Source: Candidatus Helarchaeota archaeon (GTDB lineage Archaea > Asgardarchaeota > Lokiarchaeia > Helarchaeales > RDOG01). From it: a stretch of 64,000 bases of DNA. Shown one piece after another: positions 39,842 through 49,768 of this stretch. The stretch covers positions 1,347,218 through 1,411,217 of the forward strand of contig JAHPZH010000001.1 in NCBI GenBank assembly GCA_019058315.1. The letters run 5' to 3'. The stretch's first letter is position 1. Each line of letters opens with the position of its first letter. The notes under the pieces are model-generated. The model did not search any database. It saw only the letters and a list, made by a program, of their open reading frames with translations, and was not told the DNA's origin. Position numbers and translations under genes: made by a program.

Positions 39842-41563
39842 ATGACTGAATCTGAAAGAAATGCTGGACAAGTGGTTAAAGGTGGAAGCCTTGTTTTAAT
39901 ATCCAGTTTACTTGCAGGCACAATTGGCTGGATATGGGGTGTTTTAGCCTCTCGTTCTGATATCGGATTTGGAGCTGCAGGTTATGGAATTGTATCTATG
40001 GCAAATTCAGTAATCATTTCCATGCTAGCTATATCAGGGGGTTTACATCAATCGTTCTCTAAAAAAATTTCAGAATCCCTTGTGACTTCAAATGATATAG
40101 CTTTGAAATATTCTAGAGCGGGATTTAAAATTTCACAATTATTCGGCTTTGCGTTTTTTATTCCGCTTTTAATTTTATCAATATATTTTTTTATTAATCA
40201 GGATTCCTTGATGGGTTCTATTATACTTACTATCTCAATTGCGATGTATTTAGCTTTTTTTCGGGATAATTTTATAGGAACGCTTGGAGGAATTCAACGT
40301 TTTGACTTAATTGCAATTGTGAACTTTATGTCAATGGTTGGAGGTATTTCTATAGGTTTTTTAATTCTATTTCTGGTTCCTCCTCCTGAAAATGCAATTC
40401 TAGCGCTTATAACATTAATAACAGGTCCTATTCTACAACTATTTGTTGAATTTTTTTTCTTAAAAAAATCTTTACCATTTTCATTAAAATCATCAATATT
40501 TGGTGGAACTGATAGAAGTATTGTGATTGAAACATTAAAATATGGATTATATTGTGCTTTACCAATGGTTATTTTAAATGGAAGTATCTATACTCTTCAA
40601 ACACTATTTTATTCTTTATTTTTTAGACCAGGTCCGGCAATTCCAATCCCTGCATTACAACAATTAAGTTCTTTTCTATTTCCAGAATCTAATATAATAG
40701 GAATTTCTGCAATTTTTATTGGATATGCAGGTGTAATGAATGCAGTAGCAGTAATGGCTTGGCCTCTTGTTCCAGCACTTTCAGAAGCAAAGGCAATTTC
40801 AGAGTCAGCTACAGCCACCGAAGAAGAAAAATCGAAAAATACGTTACTTATCGATGATTATGTAAAATCTTCCTTCAAAACAGGATTTAATCTTACCTCA
40901 TTTTTTATGATAATATATATTGGTCTTTCATATTCACTTTTATATCTTCTTCATGGTCCAGAATACACAATTGGTTACTTTCCTTTTATAATCCAAAGTG
41001 TCGGAGTAGCATTTACGGGTATTGTTTTTTTAATCTCAGCCGTATTAATGGGATTAGGTGAGGGTCGAAAAGCTGCAATAAGTATTGGTACATTATTAGG
41101 CACTAATATAGTATTAATACCACTTTTTATTATTTTATTTAAAACGAATAATCCTAATAATTCCTTATATGCAGGGCCTATTTCATTGCTACTGGCTTCG
41201 GGAGTAATTCTTATTTTTACTTTTCATTATCTTACGAAGCTCACAAGAAATCCTAGAAGTTATTTTTTATCAGTCCTTGGAAAGGGTTCATTAAGTGTAG
41301 TTGTAGCAATTCTTATTTCATTTTTTATTGATAAGTATCTATATCCTTATCATCAAAATATTCTTTCATTTTTACTTGGAGGAGTAATTGTCGGAGTAAT
41401 TTATTTATTTACTATGCTTTTTTTAGCAGCATATGATGAGGAGGATTTAAAATTAATGGAAGGTTTTGGACCTCTAAGCGGTTTTACAAAAATGGCACGG
41501 AATATAATTCGAAAAAGTCCATTTTATAAAGAAAATGAAGATCAAAAAACCGATTCTAAATAA
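39842..41563 (+). CDS. MOP-superfamily flippase / polysaccharide exporter
   Basis: About 14 TM; GAAGYG, GIQRF, LVPALSEA, MGLGEGR. Confidence 0.8.
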   Translation: MTESERNAGQVVKGGSLVLISSLLAGTIGWIWGVLASRSDIGFGAAGYGIVSMANSVIISMLAISGGLHQSFSKKISESLVTSNDIALKYSRAGFKISQLFGFAFFIPLLILSIYFFINQDSLMGSIILTISIAMYLAFFRDNFIGTLGGIQRFDLIAIVNFMSMVGGISIGFLILFLVPPPENAILALITLITGPILQLFVEFFFLKKSLPFSLKSSIFGGTDRSIVIETLKYGLYCALPMVILNGSIYTLQTLFYSLFFRPGPAIPIPALQQLSSFLFPESNIIGISAIFIGYAGVMNAVAVMAWPLVPALSEAKAISESATATEEEKSKNTLLIDDYVKSSFKTGFNLTSFFMIIYIGLSYSLLYLLHGPEYTIGYFPFIIQSVGVAFTGIVFLISAVLMGLGEGRKAAISIGTLLGTNIVLIPLFIILFKTNNPNNSLYAGPISLLLASGVILIFTFHYLTKLTRNPRSYFLSVLGKGSLSVVVAILISFFIDKYLYPYHQNILSFLLGGVIVGVIYLFTMLFLAAYDEEDLKLMEGFGPLSGFTKMARNIIRKSPFYKENEDQKTDSK

Positions 41564-41570
41564 GAAAAAA

Positions 41571-42866
41571 TTAATTTTTACTACTCCGATCGAGGTATTT
41601 TCCAACTTTAACTACTTTTTTCTTTTTCTTAATTCTAGTAGGTGGCTTCAAATATTTTGTATTTAAACCATGACCTATTGAAATAATATGGTCTCGAGTC
41701 ACCTTATCTTCAATCTCAGTTTCGTGTGTGATATTGAATAGAACACCAGATAGGACTTCTTCGAATGAAAGATCAAGATCTTCGTAATGAATTCTAGGAC
41801 CTTTAGGATAAATAAATTCATTTTGTAACCATTTTTTGTTTTCTTTATCATATTTAGGTATTTTACAATTAACAGTTTGCCAAGGTAAAGCAATTCCTTG
41901 ATGATATTTATAGGAAATTAATTTTAGAAATTGTTCAAATCCTTCAGGTTCGTGTTTTTTCATAAATTCTAAACTTTCTTTTTCGAAATAATTAAGAAAT
42001 AATTTATTATTAGTTAACATCTGGGTAATTTTTATAGCCCATTCACCTCTGGTAAGGCCGAATAGCATATTCAGAATAGGAGGCCAAGGTTCATAACCAA
42101 AAAGACTATCTTTCATACCATAAATTCTTTGTGCATTTACTCCATCCCATAAACTTGCTGATGAATTCCAATTGGAAATTGCCGCAACCAAACCAACTCC
42201 AGTAATGTATACTAAAGAAATATGATAAGTGGAATTAGACCATTCGGGTCTTAACTCATTTCTTACATCAGTTAATATATCACGAATCTTAACGCTGGCT
42301 TCCGCCATATTTTTTGTCCGGTTAGGTATTTCGCGAAGTTTATAACCAAGTTTCATGTGTCTACGGTCAAAGATTTCATCGTCTGATAATTTAAACCAAA
42401 AATCCTCAACCACACCATCTTCTTCATGGGCATTGAAAATCAGTTCAATCTCACCAGTAATATCATTGACAGCACAGAAGGAAATATCAGCAGATGGTCC
42501 ATAAATCATTTTTGCAGACATGCCTGAATAAGTAGCAAGCATTGGGATAACTGGAGGAATTCCCCAATATACAATTGTATGCTTTTTTCTATTTCTTGGA
42601 ATTCTTCCATCTTTTATAGCTTTTTCAACTTCTCTAGTCTCATTCCATCTTGTTTCTATCATTTTTTTTGCATATTCTGCAAAAACTAAAGTAGATTCAG
42701 CTCTTCCCTCATACATTTTAAAATCTTTGACTAATCTAAGTGCAATTAATGCGTTTTCAGACATGGGCAAATATTCTTTTAATTTATATTCACTTGGTAA
42801 GTCTCTCATAACTTCAGAAATAGATCTTAATTTTAATTCTTTAGCATCATAAGGTTCAATTGGCAT
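41571..42866 (-). CDS. Hypothetical soluble protein
   Basis: 431-aa ORF with GAGGG upstream of ATG; no family recognised. Confidence 0.8.
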   Translation of the reverse strand: MPIEPYDAKELKLRSISEVMRDLPSEYKLKEYLPMSENALIALRLVKDFKMYEGRAESTLVFAEYAKKMIETRWNETREVEKAIKDGRIPRNRKKHTIVYWGIPPVIPMLATYSGMSAKMIYGPSADISFCAVNDITGEIELIFNAHEEDGVVEDFWFKLSDDEIFDRRHMKLGYKLREIPNRTKNMAEASVKIRDILTDVRNELRPEWSNSTYHISLVYITGVGLVAAISNWNSSASLWDGVNAQRIYGMKDSLFGYEPWPPILNMLFGLTRGEWAIKITQMLTNNKLFLNYFEKESLEFMKKHEPEGFEQFLKLISYKYHQGIALPWQTVNCKIPKYDKENKKWLQNEFIYPKGPRIHYEDLDLSFEEVLSGVLFNITHETEIEDKVTRDHIISIGHGLNTKYLKPPTRIKKKKKVVKVGKYLDRSSKN

Positions 42867-43026
42867 AAAATTCCCTCAATTATTAACTATTAAACTTTAA
42901 TCAAATTAGGTTAATTACTTATTAAAAAAATTATGATTTCTATCTAAACTCATATAATTGAAAGAAATAAAATTTGATATTTTTATAAAAGAAAAACATT
43001 TCATTAAAATCTCTTCGTGAATAAGG

Positions 43027-43794
43027 ATGAAATACACCTTTGGGACAAGTAAAATAGCTGCAGAGAGGTTGGAGAATATTTCAAACTTTTTTAATCCTCT
43101 TGCTATTAGAATTATAAAAAAATTTATTGATAAACCCATTAATTCTGCTTTGGATTTAGGTTGCGGACCAGGTTTCACAACAAATATGCTTTATAACGCA
43201 TTAAATTGTGGTAAAGTCTATGGATTAGATATATCGGATAATTTCTTACGTTTAGCTTCAAAAAGATTTAAAAATTGTATTTTTATAAAACATGATGTAA
43301 CCAAGACTCCATTTCCAGTATCTTCAGATGTAATCTATGTGCGTTTTCTACTCTCACACCTCAATAATATTATTAATTTAGTAAATCGATGGATAGGTGA
43401 ATTAAGTAATAATGGTATCTTGTTTATTGATGAAGTAGAAGATGTAAAAACAGTAAATGTTTTTTTTCGAAAATATCTTGAAATAAATAGAGGACTTGTT
43501 GGTTCACAAGGTGCAAATCTTTTTGTTGGTAGTATATTAGCCAAATCGAATTATGATGCTTCTATCCTATGTAATGAATGTTTTACTATTCCTGTAGCGA
43601 ATTGGGAAGCTGCAACGTGGTTCTACCCAAACACCATAACAATATGGGAAAAAGAAAAATATGTTTGTAACAAGCTTACTAGGACCGAGAGAAAAGAAAT
43701 ATCTGAAAAACTTTTACAAATAAAAGAATTAAAAGAGCAAAAGAGTGAAATTACTTGGTATATGAGAAGAATTGTTTTAAAAAAAATCGATTAG
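43027..43794 (+). CDS. Class I SAM-dependent methyltransferase
   Basis: ALDLGCGPG, GLDIS, RFLLSHL. Confidence 0.9.
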   Translation: MKYTFGTSKIAAERLENISNFFNPLAIRIIKKFIDKPINSALDLGCGPGFTTNMLYNALNCGKVYGLDISDNFLRLASKRFKNCIFIKHDVTKTPFPVSSDVIYVRFLLSHLNNIINLVNRWIGELSNNGILFIDEVEDVKTVNVFFRKYLEINRGLVGSQGANLFVGSILAKSNYDASILCNECFTIPVANWEAATWFYPNTITIWEKEKYVCNKLTRTERKEISEKLLQIKELKEQKSEITWYMRRIVLKKID

Positions 43795-43851
43795 AGATTT
43801 AATACCTTTATTTAATGTATATTAATAAAAATAAAAAAAGAAAATTCTGTT

Positions 43852-44406
43852 CTATTTTTTCAATACCGCTTCTACTATCTGATTTAACTTTGCTGGATTT
43901 GCTCCAAGAAGTGTTTCAAATAAATTTCCCTCCTTATCAAACACAATCAAATATGGAATCGCATTAACACCATAAGGTTTAGCATAAGTCATAAATAAAT
44001 CGCCACCGACTTGAGTTTCCGTGTCGACTTGAATCACATTTAATTCATCTTTATACTTATCTTTTAATTGATGGACCACTTCCCCAATCATACGGCAAGG
44101 GGCACACCAATCCGCCCAAAAGTCTACTAAGGTTGGTTTTCCTTTTAAAGATTTTACCTTCTCGTTATCCAGTTTTTCTAATTCTTTAGAATATTCTTCA
44201 ATTTTTTTGGTGTATCCATCTTCCGCAATGAATTTTTTTATTGCTTTAATTTCATCCTCTAAGGATTTTATCCTAGCTTCTAATGATTTATTTTCTTTTG
44301 CTTTTTTGATATTTTCTATCTCTCTTTTTATGGTTAATTTCGTATTTTCAAGAAGATTTTTTTGGTTTTTTTCTATAGGATCTATATTTAATTTTTCTTT
44401 ACTCAT
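43852..44406 (-). CDS. Thioredoxin with N-terminal coiled coil
   Basis: VDFWADWCAPC, cis-Pro AIP; ~85-aa charged helical N-terminus. Confidence 0.9.
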   Translation of the reverse strand: MSKEKLNIDPIEKNQKNLLENTKLTIKREIENIKKAKENKSLEARIKSLEDEIKAIKKFIAEDGYTKKIEEYSKELEKLDNEKVKSLKGKPTLVDFWADWCAPCRMIGEVVHQLKDKYKDELNVIQVDTETQVGGDLFMTYAKPYGVNAIPYLIVFDKEGNLFETLLGANPAKLNQIVEAVLKK

Positions 44407-44712
44407 TAAATCACGATCTTTTTAATTGAATCCAATATTATATCTTGTTATTTTATGAACAAAACCCCTCCTTTATTTAATAACGTAGTATTTGCTAATA
44501 TTTTATAAAGAAGAGTATTTTAATCTATAAAAATAATATTGGTATAAAAACATTTATACTAAAAATTTTCAAATAGGTGAAATAAATAGGACTGGCTCCT
44601 AATTATTTGGAAGATAAGATTATTATAGAAGATTTAATGAAATTTCATGAAATTAAAGTTACTCTTTTGAGAGGCGTTTTAGCGAAAAGCATTTGATTTT
44701 TAAAATTAAAAG

Positions 44713-45207
44713 GTGTATTATTTGAAAATATTAATTTGTTATCATACTATCACTGGAAATACAGAAAAAGTTGCAAAAAGTATTAAACAGGGTTTAACTG
44801 GACAGGATGTTACATTAACTCCAGCATTAGGCGTGGATCCTGTTGATTTGGCTTCCTTTGATATCGTATTCCTGGGATCTGGAACTTATGCTGCTAGTGT
44901 TGGAAAATCTATTAAAAAACTAATAAAAAGTGCTGAAAAACTCCCTTCAAAATTTGTCTTTTTTTATACACATGCATCTCCAGGTTCAAATAAGTGTTTT
45001 TATCGAGTTGAAAAAGAAATAACTAGAAAAAATTCTTCGATAATAGCGAAATTTGAATGTTTAGGTGCTACAAAACCAACTAAGGAACAATTAGAGTTAA
45101 TGAATCCTAAACAGAGAGAAAATTATAATAGTTTAATAGGTCATCCAGATGAGATAGACCTTGAAAATGCTAAAGAGTTTGCAAAAAAGGTAATTGTAAA
45201 TCTTTAA
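44713..45207 (+). CDS. Flavodoxin-family protein
   Basis: YHTITGNTEKVA, LGSGTY, GHPDEIDLENA. Likely start TTG 44722. Confidence 0.9.
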   Translation: MYYLKILICYHTITGNTEKVAKSIKQGLTGQDVTLTPALGVDPVDLASFDIVFLGSGTYAASVGKSIKKLIKSAEKLPSKFVFFYTHASPGSNKCFYRVEKEITRKNSSIIAKFECLGATKPTKEQLELMNPKQRENYNSLIGHPDEIDLENAKEFAKKVIVNL

Positions 45208-45217
45208 TTAACTATTT

Positions 45218-46252
45218 TTATTTGCTGTACCAATAAGTAACACTGGAATAATCAGCTTTTACTTCATTCCATTCTCCAACGGTTATATTAACAGTTATTG
45301 ATTTTTTATATGGAATTCCATCTGGATGAAATCGATAAACACTAATTTGACGTTTCCATTTGCTCATAGAAGTAAGACCATGATATAAATGACTAAATTC
45401 ACCTTTCATAAAATACCAAGCGCCCATAAAATAATCCTCTGTTCCAGTATATTCGATTGAAGGCTCACCTTCTCTATCTTCATCATCAACCCAAACTTTT
45501 AAGTTGCCTTCCATGAAATCAAATTGTCCTAAAAACAAGCTAAGCGTCCATGCTATTGGATTCAAGTTCCACATCCACCCATACCTCTTCATATTCAGAA
45601 CTACACCCACATAATGGCCAGGACCGTTATTATCATCTAAAATAACATAAGGTTTACCTTTAGTTGTTGGATTTTGACGTTGAAATTTTGCATTGAAATA
45701 TAACAAATCTTCTGTAAATTCGGGAATTTTATGATAGGTTACTGCACCATACAAAGCAAGTTTTTTCTTTTTATGGGTATTTTCAAATTCAACTCTGCAT
45801 TTTTTTGCAAACGGCATAGGGAAATAACAATAAAACCCCCCTGAGGTCATACCTACGAATGCTGACCTACACTGCCATTTTTTATATTCACTAAATCCTG
45901 AACCAAAAAAATCCCCCACAGGAGAATCAACTCTAGGTTCCGGTTCATCGTCAAAATATATCCTAATTCTCATTAATCTTAACATTGGTAATTTCGCAGA
46001 AGCTCTCGAATACCAATTTAGAGAACTAGATAGCTTATAAGGTGCCATTGTAATCCAAATACAATTAACAATTCCTGGACCATCATTAATCTCTGGAAAA
46101 GTATATGTGGACTTTGGCTCAATTTCAACCCAATCTTGATGATTTTTTTTACCTATATGAGCATGAGTGGATACTTGTTTACATTTAGTGTTTTTCACAT
46201 AAGCCAAACCTGCAGTATCCGAGCGATATATTAGATTATTTATTATAATCAC
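45218..46252 (-). CDS. DUF2961 / GH172-like glycoside hydrolase
   Basis: GPG.V..IWIT, PVGDFFG, CYFPMPF, GHYVG, EG, TGTEDYF, YRFH, SSVTYWY. Confidence 0.85.
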   Translation of the reverse strand: MIIINNLIYRSDTAGLAYVKNTKCKQVSTHAHIGKKNHQDWVEIEPKSTYTFPEINDGPGIVNCIWITMAPYKLSSSLNWYSRASAKLPMLRLMRIRIYFDDEPEPRVDSPVGDFFGSGFSEYKKWQCRSAFVGMTSGGFYCYFPMPFAKKCRVEFENTHKKKKLALYGAVTYHKIPEFTEDLLYFNAKFQRQNPTTKGKPYVILDDNNGPGHYVGVVLNMKRYGWMWNLNPIAWTLSLFLGQFDFMEGNLKVWVDDEDREGEPSIEYTGTEDYFMGAWYFMKGEFSHLYHGLTSMSKWKRQISVYRFHPDGIPYKKSITVNITVGEWNEVKADYSSVTYWYSK

Positions 46253-46361
46253 CCTTAATTCATGGATGAAAATAATATTATTAAATTATTTTAAAAAGAT
46301 TGGTTATCGAAAAAATTTTACTTATATGATTCTAAAGAACTAGAAAAAGAAAAAATTATGA

Positions 46362-47111
46362 TTATTCGTCATGATGGACTGCTCGTGATCTATCTCTTAG
46401 AATGCCGTCAGTTACAGGTTCATTTCCTTCCGGTAAATATCGCTCACGATAATAAATGGAAGTTTTATTCATAGAAGGCTCGTAATAAGCACAGTCTCGA
46501 TATTTCTTAACACTATCTGGAGGAAAACCAGTTAATCCAATATTATATGGGCAAAATTGAAATTTAGCACAATGTCCATACCTAAACATATGTTTACATG
46601 TTTCTTCCTCAATAGTCAAAGGTTGAGGTGCTTTTTTTATTATAAAATTACAATGGTCTGATTTTTTCTTCTTAAGACTAGCTTCGATTCTACTTTCAAC
46701 TTCTACTTCGTATTCTGGATTAATACCCTTCACAAGCCCCTCAGCCATAGCACCACAAATTATATCCCCACAAGGTATTTCATATTGAATTATATCTATT
46801 TCTTCTGAAGTCATCCAGTCATATATTGGACATTTATGTGAAACAATGGTTCCAGAGCCAGTTTTTTCTAATTCAATTCCCAACCTGCCCAGTGCTACTG
46901 AAACAACATCGGTTAAAGTTTCTAAATCCTTAGGAATACCAGAAAATCGAGTTGTAATTTCATTTCCTGCACCCTTAAAAGTACCATGCCAAGCCCTATT
47001 CATACTTAAAGGTCCTACCAAAGTTCTCATAGACAACCAGTTGTATTTCATAACCAATTTAAAGAAGTCAATCAAATTTACGTTAGCTTTTAACATTTTT
47101 GCTAAAGACAT
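46362..47111 (-). CDS. V4R-like domain protein with C-terminal Cys/His-rich extension
   Basis: KCPI...C....C...EGLVKGINP...CNFII, then CKH...HC....CPY...C. Confidence 0.6.
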   Translation of the reverse strand: MSLAKMLKANVNLIDFFKLVMKYNWLSMRTLVGPLSMNRAWHGTFKGAGNEITTRFSGIPKDLETLTDVVSVALGRLGIELEKTGSGTIVSHKCPIYDWMTSEEIDIIQYEIPCGDIICGAMAEGLVKGINPEYEVEVESRIEASLKKKKSDHCNFIIKKAPQPLTIEEETCKHMFRYGHCAKFQFCPYNIGLTGFPPDSVKKYRDCAYYEPSMNKTSIYYRERYLPEGNEPVTDGILRDRSRAVHHDE

Positions 47112-47117
47112 TTTTCC

Positions 47118-47915
47118 TCACCAATCAAGTTTATTCTTGGGTTTGTACCACTTACCCCACTCATCCTCAAATGCCAATTTTTCAACTTTAGTCCGTGGAG
47201 GACCTAATGTTCTTTCACGAATCGGAATACCTAAAGACAGTGTAGCAGAAATTTTCCAATGAGGTTGAGGTATATTAAGCATTTCTGCTATTTCTCTCTC
47301 ATCTGTAGGATCCTGAAATTCAAAGTTATGGATACATGATCCAAGACCTAAAGCTGAAGCCATTAAACTGGCATTCATAAGGGCTAGACCCGAACATACG
47401 AAAGGTAGATGATTTAAATGCGCTCCTGAGATTACCGTAATAGGACTAATATCTTTAGCCATTGCTCTTTTTGAATCTACTGCTACAACAATTTGAACTG
47501 GAGCGTCTCGAATATAACACATCCTCCATCCACTTGCCATTAAATTTACACTCACCGCGACTGCACGTGATGGCATATAACCAAAGCGATGGTTTATTTC
47601 AGTTCTAGGTAACATCGTTCCAAACATAGTCACACAGCCCTTGATAGCATGTTCTCCCATAATTTTTAATTTCTTTTTATCTCTAACAATAATAAATCGC
47701 CAAGGTTCATAGTTTTCTGGACTGGGAGCATGAGAAGCAGCCTCTAAAACTTTATGAATATACTCGTCTGGAACGGGATCTTTTTTAACATCTCTTACTG
47801 CCCTACGACTTTTAATATTTTTAAAAAGTAATTTTGCATCTTCAATTTTATCATCAGGAATTTTCCAACTGGACAAATAAACAACCTCAAATTTTTTAAT
47901 TTGTAATTTTTTCAA
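47118..47915 (-). CDS. Nitroreductase-family FMN protein
   Basis: IKSRRAVR, APSPENYEPWRF, ALGLGSC. Confidence 0.9.
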   Translation of the reverse strand: MKKLQIKKFEVVYLSSWKIPDDKIEDAKLLFKNIKSRRAVRDVKKDPVPDEYIHKVLEAASHAPSPENYEPWRFIIVRDKKKLKIMGEHAIKGCVTMFGTMLPRTEINHRFGYMPSRAVAVSVNLMASGWRMCYIRDAPVQIVVAVDSKRAMAKDISPITVISGAHLNHLPFVCSGLALMNASLMASALGLGSCIHNFEFQDPTDEREIAEMLNIPQPHWKISATLSLGIPIRERTLGPPRTKVEKLAFEDEWGKWYKPKNKLDW

Positions 47916-48160
47916 ATAGCTATTTTACATTCTATCTTAAAAATAACAAAATCAAAATTTTATAAAAATATATTTTATTTAGGCTTTTTTCAATAAATCT
48001 ATAGAAAAAATTAACAATTTTCCTTAAATATTCTTTAATTTAAATTTTTTTTAAATTTCAAGGAAGTTATTAAAAATTAGATAAGAAAATAATTAATATC
48101 AACCAAAAAAAGGGTAATTTATTAATCTAGTTATAAATTTGTGAAAATTGGATATTTTCT

Positions 48161-48973
48161 ATGGTGTTTATATTGCCAAAAATCAAAGATCCGATTGAAA
48201 AAGATGCTATTAAAAACTTAAAGAAGAAATGTAAATTAAGAAATAGAGAATTTAAAATTACAGAAGAGGGATTTGTTAATATAATTAAGTTATCAAGTAA
48301 ATCCTTAAAGGAAATCCCCGAAGAGATTAAAAACTTTCCTCAATTAAAAAAGTTACTTATTGATTACAATCAAATTGAGAAAATACAAGGATTAGAAAAC
48401 CTACAGAATTTAAAAGATTTAAATCTTGGTAGTAATAAAATAACTAAAATAGACGGATTAAATGAATTAAAATCATTAAAAATACTAGATCTAAGCTATA
48501 ATCAAATTTCTAAAATAGAAGGATTAGAGAATCTTTCAAATTTAAGGAGATTATTTCTATTAAAAAATAAAATTTCTAAAATAAAGGGATTAGATACCCT
48601 CATCAATTTGAATATATTAAATCTTAATAACAATCAAATTTTAAAAATAGAAGGATTAGATAAACTCAACCAGATACAAAATTTACGTTTAAGCAATAAT
48701 CAAATAATGAAAATAGAAGGTCTGGATAGTCTCACACAATTGGATTCATTAGAACTCAGTGTGAATCACATTTCAAGAATTGAAGGATTATCAACACTTA
48801 AAGATTTAAATAAATTATTTCTTTCACATAATCAAATTACTCATGTAGAAGGGCTTAAAAATCTTCCACAGCTTGAATGGTTAGACCTTGATTTTAATCC
48901 TTTAGTAGAAGAGGATAAAGCTCATTATAAAAAAGGTTTGAAAGCAACTATTGAATATTTTCAAAAAAAATAA
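48161..48973 (+). CDS. SDS22-like LRR protein (~9 repeats)
   Basis: IEGL..L..L..L.L..NQI repeats, ending LDFNPL. Confidence 0.95.
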   Translation: MVFILPKIKDPIEKDAIKNLKKKCKLRNREFKITEEGFVNIIKLSSKSLKEIPEEIKNFPQLKKLLIDYNQIEKIQGLENLQNLKDLNLGSNKITKIDGLNELKSLKILDLSYNQISKIEGLENLSNLRRLFLLKNKISKIKGLDTLINLNILNLNNNQILKIEGLDKLNQIQNLRLSNNQIMKIEGLDSLTQLDSLELSVNHISRIEGLSTLKDLNKLFLSHNQITHVEGLKNLPQLEWLDLDFNPLVEEDKAHYKKGLKATIEYFQKK

Positions 48974-49011
48974 AATAAAAAATTATAGAAAAATAAAAAT
49001 TTTAAAGGTTT

Positions 49012-49509
49012 TTATTTCATCATGAAAATTGTTGCTTCGCCTTCAGCAACAACAGTATCTTTTGGAAATTTTCCACTATCAAATACACAACTATCCTTTA
49101 CAACCGTTGTTTTGATAATTAATCGTTTACCTTTTTCCTTTTTTTCGATAACTTCGGCTATTGCAGTTAAAGTATCTCCGAAGTGGACAGGGGCGGTAAA
49201 TCTTACTTTTTGAGAGCCGTAAATACACCCAGGACCTGGTAATTTCATTCCAATTACCGCACTTATCAGACCAACTGTATATGCCCCATGAACAATTCTA
49301 GTTTTGAACTGAGTTGTTTTTGCATATTCCTCATCAATATGCACAGGGTTAAAATCTCCAGAAATTCCAGCAAACAAGGCATCATCAACTTGAGTTACCG
49401 TTTTTGAAAATGTTGCTTTTTCACCGACTTTTATTGAATCATATGTTCGAATTTCATAATCAGCCATCTTTTTTTCTCCTATTAGTAGATATTTATTAGT
49501 GAAGTTCAA
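49012..49509 (-). CDS. MaoC-family (R)-enoyl-CoA hydratase
   Basis: SGDFNPVH...IVHG, LPGPG, FTAPV..GDTL. Likely start at ATG ~49467. Confidence 0.95.
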   Translation of the reverse strand: MNFTNKYLLIGEKKMADYEIRTYDSIKVGEKATFSKTVTQVDDALFAGISGDFNPVHIDEEYAKTTQFKTRIVHGAYTVGLISAVIGMKLPGPGCIYGSQKVRFTAPVHFGDTLTAIAEVIEKKEKGKRLIIKTTVVKDSCVFDSGKFPKDTVVAEGEATIFMMK

Positions 49510-49768
49510 TATCTTTTAAAATTTAATCCATTAAAATTTTATATTTCTCAAGATCTGTTCTAATTTTTGTTATAGGATTTTAAAAATGTCTAACAATTTA
49601 AAAAAAATATTTTATAAATGTAAAATAATTATAACACTATTATACAATTATAAAATAACTAATATTTCTAAGATTCAGAATTTTAATGAAAAAATGCAAG
49701 CAATACCTTTTTAAATATCAAAGAATTTCATTATTTCTAATGACTAATTTATTAAAATTAAAAAAATA

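Noticed and set aside
44575-44697. AGGTGA followed by a 36-codon frame starting ATA (IGLAPNYLEDK...)
   Set aside because: Too short, with no recognisable homology; could be chance or a remnant.
46241-46256. Possible ATA start for the DUF2961 gene (tracked GTG lies inside a GGTGA SD-like motif)
   Set aside because: Suggestive, but the GTG is a usable start and no conserved motif depends on the choice.
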